Origin: Octopus bimaculoides
Lineage: Eukaryota
Length of the DNA stretch: 64,000 bases
Assembly (NCBI RefSeq): GCF_001194135.2
Contig: NC_069000.1
Span: 11,104,541 to 11,168,540, forward strand
Direction of reading: 5' to 3'
Shown here: positions 25,945-38,559 of the stretch, in pieces
Layout: each line of letters begins with the position of its first letter
Numbering within the stretch: position 1 is the stretch's first letter
Notes under the pieces: model-generated
The model's input: the letters and a program-made list of their open reading frames with translations, nothing else
Databases searched by the model: none
Told to the model about the DNA's origin: nothing
Made by a program: the position numbers and the translations under genes

Positions 25945-26545
25945 ATCGTTATCGTCTAACGTCTGCTTTCCATGCTGGCATGGGTTGGATGGTTTGACTG
26001 AGGGCTGGCAAACCAGGAGGCTGCACCAGGCTCCAATCTGATCTGGCAGTGTTGCTACAGCTAGATGTCCTTCCTAACGCCAACCACTCCAAGAGTGTAG
26101 TGGGCGTATTTTTATGTGCCACTGGCACAGGAGCTAGTCAGGCGGCCCTGGCATCGATCACGTTTGAATAGTGCTTTTTACATACCACTGGTATGAGAGC
26201 CAGTCAGGCAGATCTGGCATCGATCACATTTGGATGGTGCTTTTTACGTGCCACCAGCACAGGAGCCAGTCAGGGGGCACTGGCATCGATCATGTTCAAA
26301 TAGTGCTTTTTACGTGCCTCTGGCACGGGAGTGAGTCAGGAGGCACTGGCATTGACCACGTTCGGATGGTGCTTTTTATTTGTCACCAGGACTGGAGCCA
26401 GTCAGGTAGACCTGGCATCGACCATATTCAGATGGTGCATGTACATGTCACTGGCATGGGAGCCAGTCGGGGGGCACTGGCCACAGCTACAATTTTGGTC
26501 TTGGTTTTACTTGACTCAACAGGTCTTCTCAAGCATATCATGTCG
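25945..26545 (+). mobile_element. Family D retroposon carrying six diverged 66-bp tandem units
   Basis: Family D head at 25945-26100; units start at about 26105, 26171, 26237, 26303, 26369 and 26435. Confidence 0.75.
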
Positions 26546-28235
26546 CTAAATCCACTCACAAAGCTTTGGTCAGCCCGAGGCTATAGTAGAAGACACTTGC
26601 CCAAGGTGGCACACAGCAGGTCTGAACCTGGAACCATGTGGTTGAGAAGCAAGCTTCATACCACACAACCACACCGGTGCCATTGACAAACAATATACCA
26701 AAAGTTTTTATTCTAGCACTGATATATCAAAAGACTGGTTGGTCATGACTGGAGTGTCTTTAATCATAGCCTTAATCAATCAGGTCTGACTTGGGGTGAA
26801 GCAACTACTTCCTGTAACTATTCTGTTACAAATAATTGCAAACACATCTGTTTTGCTTGATTATTAGATTAAAACGAAAATAAAAACCTGTAGTTGTACA
26901 GCTCAGGAATGAACCCTGGTCTTTTGTCTCTTCCTCTACAACTCCCTAATATGTCTTTATATACACAAACATTGCAATTTACAGTTATGTTACGTTAGGG
27001 CTCCTTTACAAAAGCCCCATTGTCACCAAACTGTTTCAGCCTTAACAAGCAGTACTACTTACGCTGCCATCTGGTGGCTATACATGTAATTATGTATTTC
27101 AGACATGACTTAACTGTTTGCCCAGTCAGTCATGAGGCAGCATTTACACATCTGTTAGGCATTCACGGACTATTTGTTTAAGTAAAATTATTATTATTAT
27201 TATGGTGGTGAGCTGGAGGGCTGTTAGCAGACTGGGCGAAATGATTTTGTGGTGTTTCGACTGTCCATGTCCTGAGTTCAAATTCTGTCAAGGCTGACTT
27301 TGCCTTTCATCCTTTCAAGCACTGGAGGGGTTGATGTAACTGACTTATCTCCCCCTCTGAACTTTCAGGCCTTCTGCCTATAATTGAAAGGATTATTAAA
27401 GCAGTGATTTGGCAGAAATGTTAACACAGGCGCAGGCGTGGCTGTGTAGTAAGAAGCTTGCTTCCCAACCACATGGTTCTGGGTCCAGTTCTACTGTGTG
27501 ACACCTTGGGCAAGTATCTTTTACTATAGCCCCAGGTCGACCAAAGCCTTGTGGGTGGATTTGGTAGGCAGAAACTGAAAGAAGCCTGTCATATTTATAT
27601 ACATTTGTGTGTGTTTATTGAGCGAAAACACCTAAAGCTCCACGAGGCCCCGGCAGGGGCTGGTGGCGACCCCTGTTGTACTCTTGTGCCCCAACTTTCT
27701 CTCACTCTTTCTTCCTGTTTCTTGAGTAACGCTCTGATGGACTGGCGTCCCATCCAGCTGGTGGGGGGGGGGGGGGNNNNNNNNNNNNNNNNNNNNNNNN
27801 NNNNNNNNNNNNNNNNNNNNNNNNNNNNNNNNNNNNNNNNNNNNNNNNNNNNNNNNNNNNNNNNNNNNNNNNNNNNNNNNNNNNNNNNNNNNNNNNNNNN
27901 NNNNNNNNNNNNNNNNNNNNNNNNNNNNNNNNNNNNNNNNNNNNNNNNNNNNNNNNNNNNNNNNNNNNNNNNNNNNNNNNNNNNNNNNNNNNNNNNNNNN
28001 NNNNNNNNNNNNNNNNNNNNNNNNNNNNNNNNNNNNNNNNNNNNNNNNNNNNNNNNNNNNNNNNNNNNNNNNNNNNNNNNNNNNNNNNNNNNNNNNNNNN
28101 NNNNNNNNNNNNNNNNNNTATATATATATATATATGGTATTGGCTCTTCATTTCTCTGTTACAGAATAGGCTTTCTTCCTGAAGTGACGTTTATATTCTA
28201 ATTCTACATTGTAATTTTTTATAATTCTTGAATAG

Positions 28236-28304
28236 GATCTACTTTTGGGAGATTGTTCAAAAGCCAAAGAAAAGTTAAAATGGTCCAGGAAGTATGATTT
28301 CAAG
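28236..28304 (+). CDS. GMDS: GMDS coding exon (human exon 10 equivalent), 69 nt; not in the supplied ORF track
   Basis: gaatag|GAT acceptor and AAG|gtaagt donor. Translates DLLLGDCSKAKEKLKWSRKYDFK, versus human [23 protein letters not shown]; phase 0 fits the preceding exon. Confidence 0.93.
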
Positions 28305-28691
28305 GTAAGTCTTCTGAAGCTTTTCATGTTTTTAACTTATTTATGAACTCACACACACATGCCTCTCCTTTCCTGCATTTATAGTTGTGTATATATTTAT
28401 ATGCAAAACATTGTCATTCGCTATGTATGTATGTATGTATGTATATTTGGAGGATGTGCCACTAGCATGGGGATCATTAACTGTGGCCATGCTGGGGCAC
28501 TGCCTTCAAGAATTTTCAGTCAAAATGAATTGGTCCCAATACTTATTTATTTTAAAGCCTTGTGCTTAACCTATTAGTCTCTTTTGCTGAACTGCTAAGT
28601 TGCAGGGATGTAAACACACCAACATTGGTTGTCAAGCAGTAGTGGGGAACAAACATGAAGTCACATGCACACACACACACACAACTGGCGT

Positions 28692-28729
<38 letters not shown>

Positions 28730-29283
28730 TCTCTCTCTCTCTCTCTCNNNNNNNNNNNNNNNNNNNNNNNNNNNNNNNNNNNNNNNNNNNNNNNNNNNNN
28801 NNNNNNNNNNNNNNNNNNNNNNNNNNNNNNNNNNNNNNNNNNNNNNNNNNNNNNNNNNNNNNNNNNNNNNNNNNNNNNNNNNNNNNNNNNNNNNNNNNNN
28901 NNNNNNNNNNNNNNNNNNNNNNNNNNNNNNNNNNNNNNNNNNNNNNNNNNNNNNNNNNNNNNNNNNNNNNNNNNNNNNNNNNNNNNNNNNNNNNNNNNNN
29001 NNNNNNNNNNNNNNNNNNNNNNNNNNNNNNNNNNNNNNNNNNNNNNNNNNNNNNNNNNNNNNNNNNNNNNNNNNNNNNNNNNNNNNNNNNNNNNNNNNNN
29101 NNNNNNNNNNNNNNNNNNNNNNNNNNNNNNNNNNNNNNNNNNNNNNNNNNNNNNNNNNNNNNNNNNNNNNNNNNNNNNNNNNNNNNNNATGGAGACAGAA
29201 TCTTAACTTTCATATATATATATATATATATATACATATAGATATATACATATAGATATATACATATAGATATATACATATAG

Positions 29284-29314
<31 letters not shown>

Positions 29315-29410
29315 CATATAGATATATACATATATATACATATAGATAGAAATGACAAGACAACAAAAGAATGAAAGAGACCTCGATATTATGTAAATAG
29401 AGGAATTCTT

Positions 29411-29494
29411 TTCGATGGCCCGATAACTGAAGAGATACCAGCGTAGGTTTTTGCCCCAACATTCGAAACTCTGAGTTTTATCATGGCTACCGAA
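29411..29494 (+). ncRNA. Type-I hammerhead ribozyme fold with extended stem I, sense strand, downstream of the last identified GMDS exon
   Basis: Reads GAUAA-CUGAAGA-GA...UC-GAA-ACUCuGAGU-U-UUAUC. Stem I continues after an internal loop (UUCGAUGGCC with GGCUACCGAA). GUU cleavage triplet. Confidence 0.72.
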
Positions 29495-29519
29495 TAATTG
29501 TCACATATTATATTTACAG

Positions 29520-29563
<44 letters not shown>

Positions 29564-30295
29564 TCTTTTATTCTTTTACATGGTTCAATCATATGACTGC
29601 GACCATGCTGGAGTACCACATTAAAGGGTTTTAGTCGAAGAAATTGACCTCAGGACTTATTCCTTGCAAGCCTAGTACTTATCTGTTGGTCTCGTTTGCT
29701 GAACTACTAGGTTACATGGACATAAACACACCAACATCAGTTGCGAAGCAATGGTGGTGGGACAAACACGGACACAATGACACCTGGATAAACACATATG
29801 CATATCATCACTTAATGTCCACCTTCCATACTGGCATAGGTATATATATATAATGTACATACATTATATATATGTATGAATGAATGAAACATGGGCTCTT
29901 TCAGTTTCAGTCTGCTAAATTCAAGTCCATTACTTTTGCCGGTGTAGGGCTATAAAAGAAGACCCTTACCCAAGGAACTGTAGAACTATGCAATGGGATT
30001 GAACCCAAATCCATATGGTCGAGAAGCAAATTTCCTAACCACACACCCACATCCGCATCCTCTATAAACATATATTTTTTTTCTGCTTTTATTAGCTTTT
30101 GTTTAATAAACCATTTCTCTTTAAATTCTATATCTTTTCAGCTGGAAATCTGCAGAATCGGTAGAGGTTATTTTAAAATGTTGGGAGCAATGCCTGTAAA
30201 TGGGCCCTGTTTTTACAGGTCAACATGGTCAAATACTTAAAGAATTATTGGTTACACTGCTGTTAATCTTTAATTTATATATATANNNNNNNNNN

Positions 30296-30356
<61 letters not shown>

Positions 30357-31271
30357 TTTTTTCTTACTCTACCTGCAGAATTTTTATTTCTATTTATTTA
30401 TTTTTTTTCTTAACCCACTCTCCTCGATTTTAATGTGACCATGTCACACTTTGATGACAACAACAGCAACAACAACAACAACAACAGCAACCGTAACAAA
30501 CAACAGTAATTATTGTGGTAGTATTCTCTGTTAATAGCCAGTGGCTATCAAGTGTCCTTTTATATACTATCTCTCTCTTTTTGATTCTCTTTTCTCTCTC
30601 TCTCATCTGTACTACAGGTGTTTTGGTAGGTATAGGTATAAAAGATGGGCAGTATCAGATGGGTTAAAACTTGGTGATTCCTACCTCCTACTACTACTCT
30701 ACTACCATCATCACCACCACTATTATTACAACACACCTCTCTCCCATAAACCTATGGCACTCTTTTGCATGTACTCCAGCTGCTGTTAAGTGAAGCAAGC
30801 TTGATTCTCGGGCACTGCCCCCTCCTATTCCTTCCTCTCCATCTTCACCCCACCCTTTCTTCAGCCTCTTTTCTTCCGGTCACTGGTCGCTCCTGATTGG
30901 TTGGCTGTTACATGAATATTTTCAAGTTTTGGTGCTATAAATGGCAGCAGGCTGTTGTGAGCCATTCAATAAGATAGTAGCGTCAATAGGTATCCATTTC
31001 AATAGGCTGTGACATCATCTATAGGATCTCTGAATGGTTGTGACATCTATAGGCTTGCCCATATATGGATTAAGGCCCTGATCAGTTGTTTTCATAGACT
31101 TTATAAGATCATAATTGTCAATAAGTTTGATTAAAAAAAAATTTTTTTTTCAAAAATTTTATCTAGATTATTTTCCTGTTGGCAACATGTATAGGATCTG
31201 TCAATAGGTTTTATTTGTAGATTGCAAAATTAATAGGAGCAATTAATAATAATATCAGCCAATAAGTCTTA

Positions 31272-31500
31272 TTAAACCCTTTACCATTCAAAATTACTCT
31301 ATCAAGTGTAATGTTTATTTGTTCCCATTGTTTTAATTTTTTTCATTTGTTATCTCCTAGCTTCAAGGTTTTGGTGATGTGATTATGTATTTTTAGAATG
31401 ACATTGTAGGGTAGGTGTGCAAGACCAGATCTAGCTGGTCTGAAAGTAGAACAACTAGGGTATTTAGGCCAGATATAGCTGGTTTAAATGCTAAAGAATT
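31272..31500 (+). mobile_element. Degraded piggyBac-like MITE
   Basis: Starts TTAAACCCTTTACCATT and ends AAATGCTAAAGAATT, a decayed TTAACCCTTTAGCATT inverted-repeat pair. Internal sequence is shared with 15235-15390. Confidence 0.55.
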
Positions 31501-33744
31501 CAAGAGTTCAAATCCTGCTACGGTCAATTTAACCTTTGATCCTTTTAAAAGTCAATAGAATAAAAGTACCCTGTCAATTGACTATTCCCTGTCCACAAAA
31601 TTTTCTGCTTAGGTGCCTGTGTAAAAATATCAATTTCATTTAATCTAATGCTATATTTTTTTAGTGAGACTGATTAATTTGGCTTTTTCTAACAAGTAAC
31701 ATAGCTCTTGGCACAGTTTGAGAGAGAAACACATTCACATATCATTCAACTTTGCATGAATTTCCCCCCCACATCCCGTCTTTTTTTTTTTTTTTTTTAC
31801 ATTCCTGAACATCTTGTTTGTGATATTAAACTGATAAGGCAGTGAGTTGGCAGAGTTGTTAGCACACTAGCCAAACTACTTAGCAGCATCCGTGTCTGTC
31901 TTTACGTCCCGAGTTCAAATTCGTCCGAGGTCAACTTTGCTTTTCATCCTTTCAGGGTTGATAAAATAAGTAGCAGTTGAGTACTGGGGTTAATGTAATC
32001 GATTTAACTCTTCCCTCGAAATTGCTGGACTTGCGCCAAAATTTAAAATCAATATTAAATGGATTGAAACTGTAAATGCTCCCCCCACATTTTCTTGACA
32101 CAGGTTGCATTTATTTACTTGATTAGTTTGAAATTTTAGAGATTTTAAGAACCTCGCAAGTTTCTGCAATTTCTGTTGCGCTAGAGTCCTTAGGGATATG
32201 CATACCTTGGTTTGCTAAACCCTAGTCTACATAATTAATATTCACTAAAACAATGCAGTTCTTATTCTTACATCATCAACACCCTATATTGTAACACCAA
32301 CAACCCATGCGACTCACTTTCTACACACTTGCTAGCCATTAATACAATACAACATAACCCACACAACTCGTATTCCACACAGTCACTGTTTCCAGCGTTA
32401 AACACACATAACACAGAGCAAATACGAAATGCAGGCATCACACCTTCCTTTCTAACAACTTCACATTGCACACATTTCGTTTGACATGCAATGACCCCAA
32501 AACGACACCAGAGACAACAAAACAAAATCTCACAATAATACAATACTGATGCAGCGTTGCTCCAGTCTCTGAAAGGCTGCAGATGAGCACCACCTGAATG
32601 CTGGTGTGACACTCTCTCTCTGTCTCTGTCTCCCTCTTTGTCTCCCCTTCTCTCTCTTTCTCTCCTATCTCTCTTGCTCCCTCTTCCCCCCCTTTTTCTC
32701 TCATACTGCATATGCCACAGGGTTAAAGGGCAGGAAAGTCGAGAGGGTCTCTATGTTTGCAAGTGACTATGCAGGCCCACTAGAGCAACTGATGAAAGCA
32801 TACCTATCCATGTAACTGCCGGCACTTATCTGTCTGTCCATACACCTGTCCTGTAACCCCACAAGCAGCAGCAGCATTATAGTTTTTCTTTATTTCACCC
32901 TTAAGATTTTACTTTAATATTTTGATTCCACGAAGAGGCTCAATCTGAGTTTAACGATATCACTTTGGTGTTGGTGTTGTTGTTGTTGTTGTTGTTGTTC
33001 TTGCAGGTGCTCTTGTTGTTGTTGTTGTTGTTATTTTTATTTCTATCGTATTTTATTGCAAAAAACAAAACAAAACTTATCGAATCATTTAACTCTTGTT
33101 ATCATGTATACAACGTATGTGATATGCAGATTATGAATGTAAGTATTATCGTATGGTTGTGCGTATGCATGTGAATGTGTTTTGTGTGTGTTTGTGTGTG
33201 TCTGAGTGACATCCTGGGGCTTTTTTTTTTTTTTTTTTTTTTTTAAATTGGGTTTTGTTCGAATAACAATAGTAAAGCAGTAATAATTGGTGCAAATAAT
33301 TATAATGTCGGTTTGTACAGAAGCAGTGAATTCATCAATGGAATAGACAGACTCCAGTACTTTTACAGGTACTTAAGCTTTTGACTTCCAGAAGGATCCG
33401 TCGAAAAGGAAAAACCAACACACACACACACACACACGCACACGCACACGCACGCACACACACACACACACACACACATCTTGTTAGGCATTTAATCCAG
33501 CATTTAAGATCAATCCAATGGAGGATCTAAAATTGAGATCTGTGTCGGCATGTCATCACAGTGATCGTCATCATTTTAACGTCTCGTTTTCTTTGCTTGC
33601 ATGGGTCAGCGTTGATGAGATAAATACCAGTTAAGTATTGAGGTTGATGTAATCCACTTCTCCCCCCCTCTAAAAAATTGCCAGCCTTGTCCCCCCAAAT
33701 TAGAAAGAATAGTGATATTATTATTATTATTACCATTATTACTA

Positions 33745-34610
33745 AGATGGCAGTGAGTTGGCTGAGTTGTTAGTGCATTGGACAAAATGTTAACCAGCGT
33801 TTTGTCTGTCTTGATGTTCTGAGTTCAAATTCTGTCAAGGTCGGTTTTGTTTTTCGACCTTTTAGGGTTCATGAAATAAGTACTAGTCCAGTACAGGGGT
33901 TGACCTTGTGCCTGTCGTAGAAAGTATTATTATTATTATTATTAAGGCAGCATGCCGAAAGAACTGTTGCCGCCGAGGTTGACTTTGCCTTTCATCCTTT
34001 TGGGGTTGATTAAATAAGTACCAGTTATGCACTGGAGTTGATGTTATCAACTTAATCCCTTCCCCAAATTTGAGGCCTTGTGCTTCCATTAGAAAGAATT
34101 ATTATTATTATTATTATTAAAACCTGAGCTGGCAGAATCGTTAACACACTGGACGAAATGCTTAATGACATTTCACTGTCCTTATGTTCTGGGTTCAAAT
34201 TCCACCAAGTTCGACTTTGGCTTTCATCCTGTCAAGGTTGATAAATTAAGTACCAGTTGCATACTAGGTCGATGTGATTGATTGTCCCCCTCCCCACAAA
34301 ATCCAGGCCTTGTGCCTATAGTAGAAAAGGTTATTATTATTATTATTATTATTATTATTGTGGTAAGTTGGCAGAATTGTTAGCACTCTGGATGAAATGC
34401 TTGGCGGCATTTTGTCCATCCTTATGTTCTGAGTTCAAATTCCGCTGAAGTCGACTTTACCTTTTATCCTTTCAGGATCGATGAAATAAGTACCAGTTAC
34501 ACACTGAGGTCAATGTAATCAATTNNNNNNNNNNNNNNNNNNNNNNNNNGTGCCATTAGTAGGAAGGATTATTATTATAATCATTAAATAGCAGCTAGCT
34601 ATCATGGGGT
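33745..34610 (+). mobile_element. Cluster of four to five SINE family A copies separated by (ATT)n
   Basis: Copies start at about 33745, 33960 (truncated), 34120 and 34361; each follows an ATT run. Confidence 0.8.
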
Positions 34611-36745
34611 TGTATGACTATTCTCAGCAAATGAAGTCCCTTGTCAAATATTCATTTCCATTTGAGACCATTTTATTCATGTCCATTGAGAAATAAAATT
34701 CCGTGACATTCAGAGAAAGGCATGAATGTCACAGAATCTTATCCCATGAAAGTCTTTATATTTCCTGTTCATATCAGAAATCAGTATTGTCTGTTTAATA
34801 TTTCCACACAAGAATTCTATTTATTTAATTTATTTTGCTAAAAGACTTGGAGAGAACATTGCCTTTGGATTCATTTGTGCTCTATCTCAGACACTCTGGG
34901 GCAGCATGAGTAACCAACTGCCCTACCAGGTTGTCATTGCCTTATATCCATCCATTTTGAGTCAATAAAATACATACCAGTAATATATTGGGAGGGAGGG
35001 TGCTGTCCACAAGATCACCTATACATCTGTCCTTCTTCCAGGAAACCTGACTTACGGCTTCTGTAAAAATCTTTATTCCACATATGTTAGACATGTGACC
35101 GACTTAGTGCTTTAGCTCTTTGGGTTCAAATTTTCCTTTTGACCTTCTGAAGTTATGTATGTATGTATTTACCTGTAAAATTCTAGGGTTTATTCAATCA
35201 AATAAATATGTTCCCATCCTATGTATTTGTGGCTTTATGCCAAATTTAAAAAAAGCAAAGTATTCATTAACCCTTATTCTCATGCTACTAGAAAAAAAAA
35301 AGGGGAAAACAATCGTTGTTGTTATTATAATTATTATTACCATTATTATTATTGTTATATAAAACAGAAAACGGAATATTGGGATAACTGGTAACACAAA
35401 TTATATATAAAAAAAAAGATTTAAAAATATTCAAAGAATGAAATAAAGGAAATTGAAAATTTCATGTAATTATGTTTGTTTGAGTTTGATTATTTGAAAC
35501 AACTGTTTTATATTCACAAGAAGTTGTAGTAGCTGCTACATGAAGAAGCTACTATAGGCTGGAGCAATAGTTGTCTTGTTGTTTGGCCTTGATTCTTTTC
35601 TACTCTAAGCACAAGGCTCGAAAGTTTTGAGGGGTGGGGTCAGTCGATTAGATCAACCCCTGTACGCAACTGATACTTAATTTATCGACCCTGAAAGGAT
35701 TAAAGGCAAAGTCAACCTTGGCGGAATTTGAACTCAGAACGTAAAGACAGACGAAATACTGCTAAGCATTTCGCCCGGCATGCTAATGTTTCTGTGAGCT
35801 CGCTGCCATGTTGTTTGACCCTGATTGAGAAGACCCATTGTTGAGCATCCTGTTTTTTATTCTCATCACTGATGCTATTGGCATGTAAAAAGCACCCAGC
35901 ATGGAGCTATGCACCTTCACTGAGCCATGTGCCTTATTGGAGTATATTTAGAGATATGGGGTGTCCTGTGTTGTAAGCATGTACAGGAAATTAAAGAAAT
36001 TAAAGGATAGCAACAATGATGAATTACGTATATTTTCCTTTACATCCCACAAACCAATATAAAATAGACCTCTTCCGATGAAGCTGGTAGAAAGCACGAG
36101 TTGTATATACAAATTTGAAATATGGAAAATTCAAGAGTACTACAATTTTATTTTCAAGATCAATCAAATGTACCTTCATATTTTCGTGTTTTACAAAGTT
36201 AATTGGATAATTTGTGTCATGGGAAGTGATTGCAGAGTCAGTTGTGTGCAAGTTGATAAATGGCATTCAGTCGAAGGAAAAAAAAAATCGGATAAGACAT
36301 AGATTTAAACTTGCAGGAATTTTCCTGTTGAGGCAAAGACCAAGAAGCTAAAAAGAGAAAGAACCAGAAATAACATGGCTTATACATGGCTTTTAGTGAC
36401 AGCTAAAAGACAGTTTACATGTAAATGCAGTTTCATGTTTTATATAGCCAAAGAAAAGATGGCTCACAGATTACTAACTTCCGATGGGCTAAATTAGTAC
36501 AGATTTCCTGAACTATCGTGATGTAAATGTTGTGTACAACATTTCTGAACTGTGTAGCAGGTCTAAGATGGTGAGCTGGTAGAATTGTTAACACGCCGGA
36601 CAAAATGCTTTGCGGAATTTCGTCCGTTCGGAACTCAAATTCCACCGAGGTCGATTTTGCTTTTCATCCTTTCGGGGCCGTTAAAATAAGTGCCGGTTGA
36701 GCCTTGGGATCGATGTGGTAGACGGAAACAGAAAGAAGCCCGTCG

Positions 36746-36796
<51 letters not shown>

Positions 36797-37304
36797 CCCC
36801 ACCCACCATCGCTTGACAACCGATGTTGGTGCGTTTACATCCTCCGTGACTTAGCGATTCGGCATAAGAGACCGATAGCATAAGTACTAGGCTTACAAAG
36901 AATAAGTCCTGGGGTCGATTTGTTGGACTGAAGGTGGTGCTCCAACATGGCCACAGTCAAATGACTGAAACAAGTAAAAGAATAGCAACAACAGCAACGG
37001 CAATAGCAGCAGCAGCAGCTGAAATGAAAAAAAAAAAAGTCAATTAAAAGTTTAATCACTGTGTATAAGATACAAGACACAACAATTCTTTGTACCGAAA
37101 ATAAAGAATGGCGGATATATAATAAGATAATTACATTGAGAAAAATGATAACCGCCACCACCACCACCACCTTCTTCTTCTTCTTCACGAAAAAACCTAC
37201 CCCTTTATGCTGTTATAATAACAAAACCGATGACAAAACAAGAGCATGACCCTTACACAAGTTGTCTCCCTTCCTCTCTACCTCTCCCATTGCTTCTTAA
37301 CATC

Positions 37305-37455
37305 TTTCTTTTCTTTCTTTCTTTCTTTCTTACGTTCCTTCTCTTTCTTTCTTTCTTTCTTTCTTTCTTACGTTCCTTCTCTTTCTTTCTTTCTTTCTTT
37401 CTTACGTTCCTTCTCTTTCTTTCTTTCTTTCTTTCTTTCTTACGTTCCTTCTCTT
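37305..37455. repeat. Tandem (CTTT)n-CTTACGTTCCTTCT minisatellite, four units
   Basis: CTTACGTTCCTTCTCTTTC recurs four times. Confidence 0.9.
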
Positions 37456-38422
37456 TCCTTGTCTATTCTAAACGTCTCACCCTGTCCCTCTTCCCCGTTC
37501 TTTTCCACTTCTTACAAGCAGATGCTAGTTAAACCTAATGTTATAGATGTAATAAACAGTGATGATGATGATGATGATGATGACGACAATTACAATGGCG
37601 ATGAGGATTCCAACGACGACGATGATGATGATGACGATGAAGATGCTGATGACGTTATTTATCAGTCATCTGTCGGCCATCTTGTTTTCCAACGAAGTCG
37701 CCAGCGACCTGTGTGCAAAAAAGAGGTTGAACGAGTGTATTTAAGAAACTCGATTCCAATACATGTTAGTTTGTTAGCGATTCTCTGCACCCAGTGAACT
37801 GGTAGTGATATTAGGAGAGTGACGGAGGTGGTGGTGGTGGTGGTGGTTTATGTATAAGAATATCAGAAGTGGTGATGGTGACGGAGGTACGGCGACGGGA
37901 TGTTTTGCACTTAACATAATCGAATAGACGTGTGAACTTGACTTTTTTCTCCCACTCATTCTCTTCGTATGTATCTTAACTTACCATATATACATTCATG
38001 ATAGATATGATACACATACACACACACCTACATACATTTGTATACGCACGAAAACGTAGATTTGTCTACATTAGCATTTGTGTATATAGGCACGCAGGCG
38101 TGGAGAGATAAACAGACGTAAACAAACATACATACATACGGACGCATATTCATTCAGTAATTTAGGAAAGACATGTATATAAACACAGCGCCGTGTGTGT
38201 GTGTGCATTTGAGCATGTATGTGTATATTAATGTGTGTGTTTATGTCTTATACACACGTACATACATAAAATGTATGCACCATACAAAACATGGATAAAA
38301 ATACATCGCATTTTATCAGAGTCCGGCTTTAGAAACTTGCACACACACACACACACACACATACGTGTATGTACCTACATATATGCTCATATACATGCAA
38401 ACGTACGTACGTACCTACCTAC

Positions 38423-38487
<65 letters not shown>

Positions 38488-38497
38488 NNNNNNNNNN

Positions 38498-38559
<62 letters not shown>

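Noticed and set aside
32268-32600. A/C-skewed 147-aa minus-strand ORF
   Set aside because: No recognisable domain in six frames. Probably the non-coding part of a retroelement, but I cannot support a family call.
32720-32815. ERVSMFASDYAGPLEQLMKAYLSM* as the GMDS last exon
   Set aside because: Only vague similarity to ELVREMVxxDxxLM, no in-phase acceptor and no NP motif.
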